Shown one piece after another: positions 13,880-26,908 of a stretch of DNA of 64,000 bases. Source of the DNA: Podarcis tiliguerta (lineage: Eukaryota); the NCBI GenBank assembly GCA_965153285.1, contig OZ229112.1, one strand, 5' to 3'. The notes under the pieces were generated by a model. That model had not been told where the DNA came from and did not search any database. It saw only the letters and a list, made by a program, of their open reading frames with translations. Numbering within the stretch: position 1 is the stretch's first letter; each line of letters begins with the position of its first letter. The position numbers were made by a program, and so were the translations under genes.

Positions 13880-14817
13880 GTGAGTTAGTTTTTAGCAGAG
13901 CAAATTTTCCTACTAATGCCAGGAACTTAAAGCTCAAAGTGGGGGCGGGGGAAATCAAGATACTGAAAATAAGTTTTCATTAATACATTCAGGTATCTGA
14001 AGAAAATTCAGTCTTAAAACAGTGTTTCATTAGAGTGCATCTAGACGGTGACTTTCTCTAGTGCGCATAGTGCATTTGTGGGTGAGATGCATGCTAATAT
14101 TGTATGTTAGTGTGCCAGAATAACATGTCAGCTGTCCCAGTCTCTGTGCAGACTGCCACAAATCCAGATATACTACCAGGGTCGGCACAGGGGGCTGCAC
14201 AAAACCATTGGTCGTCACTTCTGCAGCTATTGAGTAATGACTACCTTTTCTAAGAGTAGCAATAAACAAATCTGTCTCTTTTAGTTTCTTCTTTTTCCAA
14301 TCTTAAGTTCTGTTTGCCACATTTCTGCATCAGTTCAAATTTTTTTTAAAGAAGTCATCGCAACAATTCATTAGCATTTTTGTGTGCCTTTCTCCTAAAT
14401 GTACACATAGATGTGTGCAATTTTGCCCGATATACACATTTTTGCAACAATTTTTGCCTGTTATGCAGTTTTGTGTGCTACATTCATTGAATTTTTATAA
14501 ATATTTCATGCTAATATACAGTTGTGTATAGATTTTTTTAGTTTGAGAACTGCATTGGTAAATTTGGAGACGTGCAAAGGATAGCTGTGCTTTTGCTTCA
14601 CATATTCTTTCATGCTCACCTTTAAATGCAATTCAAATTTCTTCCGCATCTTTATCTTTGGGGTTCTCCTCATTGCCACTTCTTGTTTGTGGATTCCATT
14701 GCTTTAGAAACTGACTACAGGAAGTGCAGTTATTTACATCAGCTTGCAATCACTTCATTCACATAGAGATGCACCCATGAGTATGGCTGTCTTCTCAGAC
14801 TTATCTATTTATCCCAG

Positions 14818-15135
14818 GCTCTAGAACAAGACATTGTGGGTCGGCAAAGTAGCCTAAATGCCATGAAAGAAAAGTTGAACAAATTCATGGAAACAACAGA
14901 CCCATCCACGGCATCCTCTTTACAAGCTAAAATGAACGAACTTTCTCAGCGGTTTTGTGAAGCAAATAATAAACACAGGAAAAAACTTGAAAAGTTGGAG
15001 GGATTGAAGACCAAAGTGGAGCTGTTTGAGTGCCTCACTGATAAACTCCAGTCATTCTTGGACAAGAAAACTCAGGCTCTTGGCGAGGCTGACATCCCAG
15101 GAAAAGACGTTACTGAGATGTCCTTATATGTGCAG
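14818..15135 (+). CDS. DST: Dystonin exon A9, ALEQDIVGR...SLYVQ
   Basis: cccag acceptor, CAG|gtact donor, 318 nt, phase 0-0; [17 protein letters not shown]. Confidence 0.94.
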
Positions 15136-15311
15136 GTACTGTAGATTTTTACTTTTGTGAGCCCTACATTGCCTCTTACTGAGCAGTACAATGGCTGGCG
15201 TAACTATGCCACCCACAATTATAAGAGAACCTGCTGAGTCCAAGGAATAAATTTTGAACACCGTGCAGTGTGTTCAGGTGTGAAGCAATTACTTTCTTGT
15301 CCATTTTAAAG

Positions 15312-15478
15312 GAAACCAACACTGAACTGATGGAGCAGAAAAAAGATCTTGAAAATTTGCAACACCTCATTGAAGAACTCTCTCCTCATGCTCTTCCTGG
15401 AGACAGGTCATTAGTGTTAGAAAAAGTAAATGCCTTGTCAAAGAAATTCAAGGAAATGGAAGAGACTATACGAGAAAA
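15312..15478 (+). CDS. DST: Dystonin exon A10, ETNTELM...TIRE(K)
   Basis: ttttaaag acceptor, AA|gtgagt donor, 167 nt, phase 0-2. Confidence 0.92.
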
Positions 15479-16648
15479 GTGAGTACAATAATCAAATTTT
15501 AGAATAGTGTGTGCTGATGGTGGTGGTGGTGATGAAAATAATCAGGGTTGTCAATGAGTAAATAATTTCTGCTGATTATCTGTCTTGTGATTGATTTATT
15601 TTTACCTAATTACAATAATTTCCATGTGCATATTTCAAACACTTCATTATAGGTGCCTTTTTGAGGTAACTTAGAATTTGATAAATAAAATATCCCACTC
15701 AATACTAGAAGTTAATCTTTAATATTCCCCCCATAGTGTACAGCAGAATCAAAATAGGCTCAGCAAAGCATGCCTTGAACTTGTAATCTTGCCAGTTCAT
15801 CAGTCAACCAACCAACCAACCAACCAACCAACTAAAGGGTTACCAATTACACATATTAAATGCTGCAACTATAAAAGTGAGAGTTCCAAATAATGTGATG
15901 CACAGACCTATAAGACGGTTGTGGTGTGTTTTTGCAGTTTCATAAAGTGAAGGAGAAGTTACTGGCTTGTAACAATATTGCAGAATTAAGAAAGACTCGT
16001 CATGCTAAGCCAAACCATAGCTTTGCATAGATGCACAAGTGTATGGGTTCTTCTCTCTAGGAGTCCACACAGTATGATAAGCAAATATGTGGCTCAGCAT
16101 GGTGCAAGCAGCAAAAGAACTAGAAATGCTGAGCTGAGCCATAGTTTGGTGCGGCATGTTTTCTGGAGAAAACTAAATCATGAGTCCAATTCTAGATGAT
16201 ATGATAAGCAAATATGTGGCTTAGCTCAGCATGGCACAGGGAGGAGTGAAGTGGCTGGGATTTCATCTCCAGGAACTTGTGTGCACCAACCAGACAACAG
16301 TAAAAATACAGTAATAATATATAAGGAAATGCCACTAGTTGGGCTGAGATCTAAAGGGCCGGGTGTGATGGTTTGCATGTACACTGTGACAAGCCCCTGT
16401 TAGTCCATCAAGACTCTCACTTTGGAGCAGCATTTGAAATGTGAGATGTGGTATGAGGGGCTGTAGTCTGAAAGGAACACTTGCAACCCTTCTGTGCATA
16501 AATAGGAATGCTTTCAGTCCCGGCTATACATACTGGTTGTTAATACAGCCCATATTATAGTTTTACCTAGAAGAAGGATTTGCCTACAATATTCCGAGAA
16601 CAAAGAGACTATCTCTCCCGTATCCCTTCCTTGTTTTCAATTGTGCAG

Positions 16649-16805
16649 AGAAGAGGATGTGTCCTCTTGCCAGAAGCAGATGGATGAGTTCAATCTTCAT
16701 GTAGAATCTTTGAAGAAATGGCTAGATGAGATGACGGAAAGAATCCCAGCTACCCAGCCCTCTTTGAATGTGGAGAATTTAAATAAACATTTGCAGAACA
16801 CCAAG
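16649..16805 (+). CDS. DST: Dystonin exon A11, EEDVSSCQ...LQNTK
   Basis: gtgcag acceptor, AAG|gtgaga donor, 157 nt, phase 2-0. Confidence 0.92.
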
Positions 16806-16844
16806 GTGAGAGACTTCTTATCATTTCTGACAATAATTTCATTA

Positions 16845-17060
16845 CAGTGGTACCTCAGGTTAAGAACTTAATTCGTTCTGGAAGTCTGTTCTTAACCTGA
16901 AACTGTTCTTAACCTGAAGCACCACTTTAGCCAATGCTGCCACTGTGCCGCCGCTGCAAAATTTCTGTTCTCATCCTAAAGCAAAGTTCTTAACCCAAGG
17001 TAATATTTTTGGGTTAGTGGAGTCTGTAACCTGAAGCGCATGTAACCCGAGGTATCACTG
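16845..17060 (-). mobile_element. Second copy of the same MITE, opposite orientation (216 bp)
   Basis: TA-CAGTGGTACCTC...GAGGTATCACTG-TA; its reverse complement aligns along the 9158-9397 copy. Confidence 0.88.
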
Positions 17061-17816
17061 TATTTGGATTTGTATGACAGTTGATTTGTCAACTGATGGT
17101 GTCCTTTTGGTTTCAAAGAATTAAGTAGGAACACTGTAGATCTTTTGAATGATATCTTTCGTTGGTATTCAACTGGGTTTTACTCAGTGTAGATCCATGG
17201 AAATTAATTACTAAGTTAGGTCCGTTATTTCAATGGGTGTACACCTAGTAAGACTTAGTTGACTACTGACCATAATGACACAGCTCCAAGGGACAGACGA
17301 TGCACTTGCAAGAACTTACCAACTCACTTCAAAGCAAAAGACACCTCTGTGTGTGCAAAAGGATGTATGTTGTGCAGCTGCACACATTAGTGAATAGGGA
17401 AATTCTTGCAAGTGTGGAGAACTTGGCTTGCAACTAATTGCTAGACTGAGACAGACACATTTTGTCCCATTTTTAGCTATGTTTCAACACAAACTATTGC
17501 TGCATATGATTCATTTTTATAATAAGAAACTGGGCATGGTTTAAATATGAGTAAAGTACTTGCAGTATTTTGGTACCAGTACATCTTCCCAGCCCTATTT
17601 CATTTGAGAGTTCTGCTATCTCACTTTTTAAAAAATGTTCACTCCAGTTTTTGGGTCACAAATGAGAAATGGCAGGGCACAGTTTGATGATGGAGCAAGT
17701 GGGATGTGTGACATGATGAGATAATTTCTGGCCATGTCCAGCCCATCTAGAGTGGAATGCTTTTTGTCACACAAATATAGTCAGTAGTTGAAAATAACAT
17801 CTTGTTCATTTCTTAG

Positions 17817-17940
17817 CATTTGGAGGAGGAATGGAGTTCGAAGGCACCTGACATTCAGAAAATGATTAGCAGAGGAACAGCATTATGCAACCTAATTAGT
17901 GCTGTGACTTCCCCTGTAAGGTCAAGGGGAGTAAAATCAG
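17817..17940 (+). CDS. DST: Dystonin exon A12, HLEEEWSSK...RGVKS
   Basis: ttcttag acceptor, G|gtatgt donor, 124 nt, phase 0-1; LCNLISAVTSP. Confidence 0.9.
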
Positions 17941-18147
17941 GTATGTTCAATGGACATTTCTACGTATTTAAAAGTACACATGAATGAAATTAAATAGCTA
18001 ACACAGAATACACACACACACATATGATGTCTTTATTAGCTCCCTAGATCAATCCTGTGTGGTTGGGGAAATTTTATGGCAGATTGCTTGATAGACATGA
18101 ATTTTAAGGTACATTAGGTCACAGGTGGTATAAGAAAAGCCTGAGCC

Positions 18148-18216
18148 ATTGGTACATAGCTTGAACCCATGACCCTGAGATTCAGAGTTTCATGCTGTAC
18201 CGACTGAGCTATTTCA
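18148..18216 (-). pseudogene. Degenerate tRNA-Lys(CTT)-derived sequence (probable SINE head)
   Basis: reverse complement reads TAGCTCAGTCGGTACAGCATGAAACTCTGAATCTCAGGGTCATGGGTTCAAGC; anticodon mutated, acceptor stem absent. Confidence 0.65.
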
Positions 18217-18229
18217 GTTTAGAAAAATA

Positions 18230-19520
18230 CTTCTCTCTGTCACTCAATAGCATTTTTCTGTCTTCTTCACACAAGGACCCTATTACTTGATTGTTCTTCT
18301 TGCTTCGAACATAGCTGAAGAAGCTTTTAAAGTTATTTTTAACCTCTCTTGCAAACCTGACTTCATTCTGAGCTTTGGCCTGCCTGACCTTCTCCTTGCA
18401 ACTGTTGGATACTTGTATCTACCCTTCCTTTGTGCTTTCTCCTCTCTTCCATTTATAATACATTCCCTTCTTACATCTCAGCTAATCCATCAGCTCCTTA
18501 TGCAGCCACACCAGTTTCTTTAGCTACCTCCTGCTTTTCTTTCTTGTTGGAATTGTTGGCATTTGGGCCTTTAATATTTCACCTATAATAAACTCCCATC
18601 TATCTGGGGCTCACTTAGTTTTTGAGTATTTCTGACCATGGGATTTCTCCCAGTAGCTCCTTAAACTTTTAGAAATTGAGCTTCTTAAAGTCCAGAGTGC
18701 ATCTCTTGACTACACTCAGCTTTCCCTTCTCCTCTGTATCATGAAACCAGGAGGGCATTATCACTTCCTCTCAAGTTTCTGAGTATTTCCACCTTGTCGA
18801 TCAGTTCCTTCCTGTTGGTGAGGACCAGGTCCAATATAGATGACCCCCTTGTTGCTTCTTCTACCTTTTGGGAAATGAAATCATCAGAGAGCCAATTGTG
18901 GGATTTGTTGGACGTTAAATTCTTGGCAGAGTTTGAGTTCCAACAGATATTGGGGTAGTTGAAGTCTCCCATGACTACTATATCTTTCCTTTTTGAATGG
19001 TTGATAATCTGCTCTAGGAAGGCTTCATTCAAGTCTTCAGTCCAAAGTCACTGTTGTTCCTTCTCCTACCATTTTTACCCATATAGTCTCATGGATCTCT
19101 TCACAAGTGTACACATCTTTTACATGTAATGCTATTTCTCCCCCCTTCCTGTTTGATCTATTCATTTTGAATGAGTCATACCCCTCAATTCCTTCATTCC
19201 AGTCTCATTCCACCAGGTTCCAGTAATGCCTATTAGATAATATTTGCCATCCTGTATTCAGAGCTCAAGTTTTTCTTGCTTGTTTCCCGTACTCTGTGCA
19301 TTTTTATAGAGACAACTGAAGCCATGAGTCATTTTTCGGCACACTACTGCCTCTGTCCTCTGTAGAAAGTCACCTGCTACCACCACACATCTCCCCCTTC
19401 TTTGGGGAGGAGCATGAATTGTTTTGTACGCTGTGCCTTCTACTACCACCTCAGTGTGATCTGAGGTCTGCAGCCACTGTACTTGCTCCTCTGGCTGAGA
19501 ATTTCCAAACCTCTTCATCT
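18230..19520 (-). mobile_element. Decayed CR1 LINE 5' part (ORF1 remnant plus ORF2 AP-endonuclease)
   Basis: minus-strand peptides VVMGDFNYPNICW, EEATRGSSILDLVLTN, CLYKNAQSTGNKQEKLEL and VVVAGDFLQRTEAVVC; frameshifts and stops; ends approximate. Confidence 0.85.
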
Positions 19521-22077
19521 TATGATGAAAATTCTGTCTCCAGTCCCATTTTAGAGTGTTCCCAGATGCTAGCTTTCCATGCTCCTGACTCAGGTGTCAA
19601 TGCACAGTTCAGAGTTCAGGCAGTGTGCTGTGAAAACGCAGGTAGCATGAGTACCATATGACCCATGCAGGTTGTGCCACTTCCTGCTAGCTGTATGGGT
19701 TATCGGAACAGCGTAGACTGAAAACCTAGGTTTGTGTGCACTTTGGAGATCAGATCCTCTTTTTCAAAAAGAAGTGTAGCTTATCCTCCTAAATCAGAGC
19801 AATTTCCATTTTTTAGTATGGACTAATGAATCCAGCAGTAAAGGGCAAGTAACTTCAGAGAAAGTACTGCTCTAATTTAGAAAATTTATATGCTGCTTGT
19901 TCAGAAAAATCAAAAATCAAATCATGTGTCTGGAGAGCCTTGCTACAACAGAAAAGTTTTCAGTAGGTATATAAAACAGTATTGTGAAGGAACCTGCTTA
20001 ATGCCAACAGACAGGGAGTTTCAGAAGACAGGTGCTGCTATGCTAAAGGAATTATTTCTCTTAAATGTCGAATGAACATTGTGTGGCACTTGTAAATGTG
20101 AAGTAAGCAAATAGGCACATTTGGGGTAGGGCAATTCTTTAAGTATATTGGTCCCAAGTTGTTAAGCTGCAGTCAGTAATTTTTAGTATTTGTACCAACA
20201 GAACTTTGTGTACTTGAAATAATGTTAAGAACTTGCTTACTAAATGTGTTAATCATTTCTTTATTGAGTTCGTTATGAGTGAGTGCAAGTACCCTGAGTT
20301 TTGTGCCAATGATAAATGTTTCCCTCATGGGAAATATGGAAAAGTCTCGATATCTTAGTATGTGACCATCTCACTTACTTGGCTGACTTACTTGCTCTCA
20401 CCATTTCCCAGCTGCCTTTAGGCTAGCACTCACTTTCCAGCTGGTGGTGAGGGGTGAATGCTTGGCCTTCTCCAAGGCAACCATTAATTCTACTCCATTA
20501 AATAATCATCTTCAGGCTCTCTACTTACATAGACATACAGTAGATTCTACTTAGCGCTCTTATTCCCTTCATAAATAATGGGTACTCATGAAATTGCCTG
20601 TGGAACAGCTAAAAGGGGGGCAGGGTTTCTGAAGTTAATTTCACAGAGTGGAAAATCTGTAAACAGAAAACAAAGTTTTACACCAAAATTTAACTTTGGA
20701 AACCTCTCATTCCGCATTTTGTCTGTTCTAAATCAGTGTACCACAAATGTTTTGGGGTCCTTGTTCCACAATGCATGGAATCACAGAACTGCAACTACAT
20801 GAAATATTGTGAACTGCTGACTTAAGGCACGTTTCATTCAAGATTTTAGACATGGCTACAGATAACAGCTCAGAACAAGTTCTGTTTATACCAATTCAGT
20901 TATGCTGGGCACAAATATGTATTATATTTTGCTTTAAAATGTTTAGAACGGGCAATCTGCTATCAGAGAGTGATTGGGCTCCAAATTCCAAGCTGCAAAT
21001 AATGGATACATGTGCCTTTCACAATTAGTCTGCAGCAGTGTTATTTTATGCTTAGGGCAGCTTCTCACAAAAGGCTTTGTACACAAGTATTTCTGCCAAA
21101 GTTATAATGTCATAATGATATTAGCATGTATCTTTATGTTTACAGTTATGACAGCACTTCGGTTGAGCTGATTTGGGACTGATTTTGTAAAAATATCCTA
21201 AAAATTTTGTTGTTATGAAGATCCCACGTACAACTAGTCTACTCTTAAACCACTAAGACCAGTGTGACACACATGACAGTCTTAGACCTTGGTTTTACGT
21301 TTTTATTGTTGTAAATCTCCCTCTCTCACTCACACACAAATGTGCAGTATACAAATATTTTTATAAATAAAAATAAAAGAAAGAATTGGCTTCAACACAC
21401 TGCTCATCCATTGACTCACTGGGTGCTTTAGGCAAGTCATGCTATGACTGCATTCACATGTCACACTAAACCATAATTTACCATAACATAAATGATCCTA
21501 GGTGAGCCTTGTTCTCACATGCTCCCCTTTCCCCACAATTCATTGTATTGTCTGGACCTAAACATTTAGCATTAACTATAGGTGATGGTATCTGAACATT
21601 ACCCCTCATGGAGCAAATAGCAGCTTCGATGGGGGTGATTTTCATGGGGGAAATGGCACTGGGGAAAGGGTTAAACCATTACTTCCTAGCACCATGATTC
21701 CAGTCAGACACACACACATCTCCGAGGCTGTTCTTCTAAAATGCAATGGAAGAGCTTTTCACCTGCCTATGCCACATCTAGTTTGGCCCTTAAATTGGTT
21801 TGAAAAGGGATCAAATACTTCCATAGTGCCTGAACAATGACAGAAGAACCCAACATTGCATTATGGTGATTGTTCCATCAGGGCAAGCTTGCCAGATGGA
21901 ATGATCCCTCCTCTCCCCTGTTTACTGTTCCAGGGGTTCTCTTGACCTGCCCTGAGCCAGTTGGGGAACATGTGTGGGGGAGACTCCATAGTACAAATGG
22001 AAGTCCTTGCTCAGGGCTTCTGCTGACTGAATTCATTAGTTGAATCCTGCTCTAAATCTCTAATCTCTCTCTTTCAG

Positions 22078-22146
22078 CTGTAAGTGGAACAGTATTAAAT
22101 GGTGAAGGAGCAGCTACAGGTACCCAGGGGTTCCTAACAAACAAAG
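22078..22146 (+). CDS. DST: Dystonin small linker exon A13, (A)VSGTVLNGEGAATGTQGFLTNK
   Basis: long pyrimidine tract plus cag acceptor, G|gtgact donor, 69 nt, phase 1-1; resembles recalled human GAVLNGEGTATNTEEFWANK. Confidence 0.85.
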
Positions 22147-23418
22147 GTGACTAATAATGGCTCACTTAATACATAAATCTTATAAGCAAGCATAAGATGT
22201 TTATAATTTGTCCCATTTTAATAGAATTTTCTAAGTAACAGTCAAGACCCCCTATTTAGCTGGGGTCTTCTACACTTTGACATATATATGTCTATGTCTA
22301 TGTATATGCATGCATCCGGTTAATTCAACTTCTGTCCGGTTTCAGTGGGTGAACCAATGATTGTGGTTAATTGAGAGCCAAGACAAGATAAGGAGTTATT
22401 TCCTGGCTTTTTAATCCATTAAGAAGTAATCATGAGTAGCAACAGTAGCAAGGTTGTTATCTCTAGTAGGTGGAGTTCACTGCTTTTAAGAAGTGACTTG
22501 ACTATCAAGTGATCCAAGATAACATATGAATATAAGAAGCTGCTTATACTGGAGAGCCAAAGTAGATGTGACATTGGAGATATGTGGAGTCTCTCACACC
22601 ATTCATTTGAACTTTACTTCATCTAAAAGGGAGGAGGGAAGCAACTGGGGCAGCGGGGGGTGATGTTCATTGAAAAAAGACAGATCCCCCTTTTCCCACT
22701 AACTACTCCAGTCCAATTTGGAGTTCCACAGCTGCCCTTAAGGGGAAAATAAAATTAGAAGACACTCCATGTATCTCCCATTTTGCCTCTACTTTGGCCT
22801 TGAGTTAGAACATTGGAACCATCCAAATAGGGGTGGAATTCAGAAAGGCCCCAGACAGACTAACCTCTTATATTATTGTGTTTGGCCTGCCTAGCTGTTA
22901 TTATCCTGAGCCTCATTCTTGAATCTTTTGCATGTGTTAACAGAAAACAATGGAAGTATATATTTAAAATTAACAGGCATGGTTTTTAAGGTGTGTTTTA
23001 ATAAAAATTAACATGCACACATCGTACTATAACAGGCTCTGGAACACCTCAGTTTTCCTAAGAAATCAGATGTTGAAATTAGGATGGTGATAACTAGCTG
23101 TGTTCCAAAACCCTTAAATTAGAAACCAAAATAATGCTTGTCTTCATGCAGGATTTTCTTTCAGAAGTCCTTATACAATACAGTATTTCTGTACAAAAAA
23201 AATAAATAAATCCACTGTCATCAGCCTGGTGACTGGTTCATTCTTTCTTAATCTACTAATATTGGGCTATCAACTTTGTAGGAAAGAAATGACTGTAACC
23301 AATTATTCTAGTTATTATTTCATGGAAGGATTAAAAACTTTTAATGTATAATATTTGCATCTTTTCTTGCTGTCATGACTAGAATCAAAATAATAATGTA
23401 TGTCCACCTCTCTTGCAG

Positions 23419-23654
23419 AAGTGACCACTGTCCAACACAACATGTCAACTGTAAGCCATAGTTATGATGATTTGGGAGCTGTACTGAAGGAAAAAAGATC
23501 AGAACTGGAATCCACTCTTTCAAATATGCAAAACATTCAAAGAGAATCAAATTCAATGATGGAATGGTTACAGAATATGGACACTGCTGCAGCCAAATGG
23601 GAAGCAACTCTTATTGACAGTGAGGCTGTTAAAGAGCAAGTCGATCAACACAAG
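23419..23654 (+). CDS. DST: Dystonin exon A14, (E)VTTVQH...VDQHK
   Basis: cttgcag acceptor, AAG|gtagtt donor, 236 nt, phase 1-0. Confidence 0.92.
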
Positions 23655-23981
23655 GTAGTTTCTGTCTCCCCCTCTGTTCAAAACTATCAATTAAGCATAA
23701 TTAATTTTTAAAGTGAGCTTCCTGTTCATATTAATGGACAGGGTCTGTTTAATAATGTATGTAACAGTGCAACCATATATTAGCACTTTGTACTGACGCC
23801 TTATGGAAATACAATAAAAAACGTCTTATCAGGCATAGGATCAGAAGTCAGATTGCATACCTGTGATAAAATGTATCAGAGCTACCTAAACAGATTAAGA
23901 GATCATCTCAATGAAACACTGCTTCTGCCAAACACTTTGTTTTTTATGTATTCTCAAGTCTAACATGTTCATTCTTCATAG

Positions 23982-24111
23982 CTATTTGAAACAGAATTGA
24001 AACAGAATGAGAATAAAGTGCAAGAACTGAAGGATAGAGTGACAGAGCTATTGGAGAAGAACCCAGACTCTCCTGAGGCACCAAAATGGAAACAGATGTT
24101 GGATAAAATAG
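23982..24111 (+). CDS. DST: Dystonin exon A15, LFETELKQN...MLDKI
   Basis: ttcatag acceptor, G|gtatgg donor, 130 nt, phase 0-1; [14 protein letters not shown]. Confidence 0.92.
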
Positions 24112-24861
24112 GTATGGCAGGTTTTATTTTGCAGTGTAGGAGAGGGTCAATGATCTAACATTTGGCAAAACAAACCATAGATTGAATGTCTGTGAGCTTT
24201 GGAGAGAAGGATTGCACCTCATCCACATGACATACTAGAAAACTCTTCTGGACATGCTTTTGTTCATACATGACTACTGGATTATGAGGTTTGGTCTATC
24301 CTATCAGATCTTATATTTTAAAAGGCATTGGCCACAGCCACATGTCAGGATAAAACAGCTCATGGGAACTATCATCCATGGCTTAACGTTGCATCCAACC
24401 CAGGGATTTTGGTTTGCTTAACTCAAACAAACCACAATTCGGAAGTCAAGCATAAACCTTGGCTTTTCATTGTGGTTTGTTTGGACTGAAACAAACGCAC
24501 CATCCCTGGTTTTTATATAATATTAAGCCAGGGCTTGTGGTTTGTTCCTCCCACTTGCGAAATCAGAATCCCCAGCTTGGCATTTGAAAAAAAGCTCTGC
24601 TGTTTGTTTGCCAAAGCTTGTTCTTGGTTTCTTGATTGTGGCCTATGTGAGCAAACCAAACCAAGACCCCCAGGTTGGGTGTAAAGCTAAGCCCAGGGAT
24701 CATGGTTTGTTCCTCCCCCTTGTTCTAGTAGAGAAGTACAGCGGGAACCATCTGCATGTCTACAGCAAAGCACTGCCATTCTTTATTTGTTTGACTATTT
24801 CATATGAAATTACTACGATTATCATGCAGTTTTACAAAATATTCCATTCATTTTTTCACAG

Positions 24862-25061
24862 ATTCCAAATGGAGGGAACTCAGCCAGGTAACAGCTGACA
24901 GACAGAAAAAACTGGAAGAGTCATCAAATTACCTGACCCAGTTCCAGGCAACCGAGGCTCAGTTAAAACAGTGGCTTGTAGAAAAAGAATTAATGGTCAG
25001 CGTGCTTGGACCACTGTCAATCGACCCAAATATGTTGAACACGCAGAAGCAGCAAGTTCAG
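24862..25061 (+). CDS. DST: Dystonin exon A16, (D)SKWREL...QQVQ
   Basis: ttttcacag acceptor, CAG|gtgagc donor, 200 nt, phase 1-0; [23 protein letters not shown]. Confidence 0.95.
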
Positions 25062-26412
25062 GTGAGCATTTGGTCCCATTGCATATTATTTGTAGAAAGA
25101 TGCTTGTGCTTCCTGGATTGAAAACACTGCTTTGTGGACCCATCACCAATTTGGTTTATCCTTTTTTTGGCGGAGTGTAGTTCTGAAAACAAATATGAAG
25201 GCACCAAACAACAATCAGTTTTCTAAAAAAAAAAAAATGGAACTAATAATGTTAATAATGACAAAAAAGGGCTTCTGTGTGGTGAGAGAAGTGCAGCTAG
25301 AGGTTAAAGTTTTTAGCAGAGGAAAATGAATGGCAGCACCTTTCTTCTATGACCCTGTGCATATATAAGCAAGTATTAATCACACGTGATATACAAAATA
25401 TTACACACTCACGACCAGTATAGATATTGGAAAGGAAATATGGGGTCTCACTGTTGTCTTTTCTTCCTAATGCTGTTGCATGGTATGTGATGACACTTGG
25501 AAGTGCAGTAGGAGGTGCTTAATCTTTTGGCCACTCACTGATTCTTCCTTCCAAATACTCCCACATATAATTTCCCCCTTCAGCACACACACAGGCTTCC
25601 AAAATCAGGAGTGAGCTTTGACTGGGGGGAAAAACAACCTGGATTTGTTTGGTTTTTGCAGGGGAGAATGAGGACATGTGGGAGAGGTTGAGCACCCCTA
25701 TCCACCACTCCTCCCCACCAAGTACCCACCCCTACCCACTTCCCATTATTTTGACAGACATGCGACTGGAAGCACTCATTTGATGGTCTTCTGCTCTTAG
25801 AACTGTCTTCTAAGAAGTTTTCTTCCGCTTTTAGAAGTCAAGCGGGAAAGCTAATGACTAGACATAGTAAAGCCTTGGAGCAGTGGGCTGTAGGGGCTTG
25901 TTTGGCCCTCAGCATTCATGGTTCCACAAACTGCAGTGAAATGAACATGTGCACTTTAATTGAGAAGTATTGTTTGAGATGATGTCTGATGTGATAAAAA
26001 CCATGGTATTTGATCTGTGGAGACTGCTTCATCCACATGTGTCAATGCTCAGGTTGATTGATTTAACATGTGTCTCAAAGCAGGAGATTAGGTCATGCAA
26101 ATCAGATGTTTTCCAAGGTGCCTCTTTATCCTTAGTGATAGTATATGCATGGTGGAGTTGACACAGGGTGCACCTGCTCTTCCACATCATGGGTTGCAGT
26201 ACTGGATCAGCAGGTTGTCTGAACCAGACGTAAGGGATAAATATGAGTATATTAACCTACCTTAAAGTGATACTGGCAGAATGCCGTTTATTTTTACGAC
26301 CAAGAGCTATTTCATGTACATGTACTAGGATGCTACACTAGGTAAACGGCTAGTACAGTTTGTGATATCTGTTTTTTCCTTACACTTTCCTGAAATTATT
26401 TTCTCTCATCAG

Positions 26413-26908
26413 ATTCTGCTCAATGAGTTTGACACTCGAAAACCCCAATATGAGCAGCTGAATACAGCAGGACAAGGGATAATGAAGAGACCAGGTGAAC
26501 ACCCACCATCTCACGAAATGGTGAAGCAGCAACTGGCTGCTGTGGCGCAGAAATGGGATGGCTTAACCGGACAGCTGAGTGACCGATGCAACCGAATCGA
26601 CCAAGCCATTGTCAAAAGCACAGAATATCAAAGCTGCCTGAAAAGCCTTTCTGAGAAGCTTAGTGTCTTGGATGATAAACTCAACAGCAGCCTGGCTATA
26701 AGTACAGACCCTGATTCTGTGAAACGGCAACTGGAAGTGGCCAGAGAAGTGAAAGAAGAAATTGAACGGGAAATGCCAAAGAGAAAGGCTGCTCAAGTTC
26801 TGTGCGAGGAATTGTCCGCACTGGTGGCAGAAGATTACTTGAAAGCTGAACTAGCTAGGCAATTGGATGGCATCTTAAAACCCTTTCACGATATGGAACA
26901 AAAAGCAG
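26413..26908 (+). CDS. DST: Dystonin exon A17, [10 protein letters not shown]...MEQKA
   Basis: catcag acceptor, G|gttcgt donor, 496 nt, phase 0-1. Confidence 0.94.

Noticed and set aside
16072-16235. Direct repeat atgataagcaaatatgtggct about 127 nt apart
   Set aside because: Appears to be a local duplication in decayed repeat-derived sequence, with no functional signal.
18148-18216. Functional tRNA-Lys gene
   Set aside because: Acceptor stem missing, anticodon loop mutated; consistent with a decayed SINE head.
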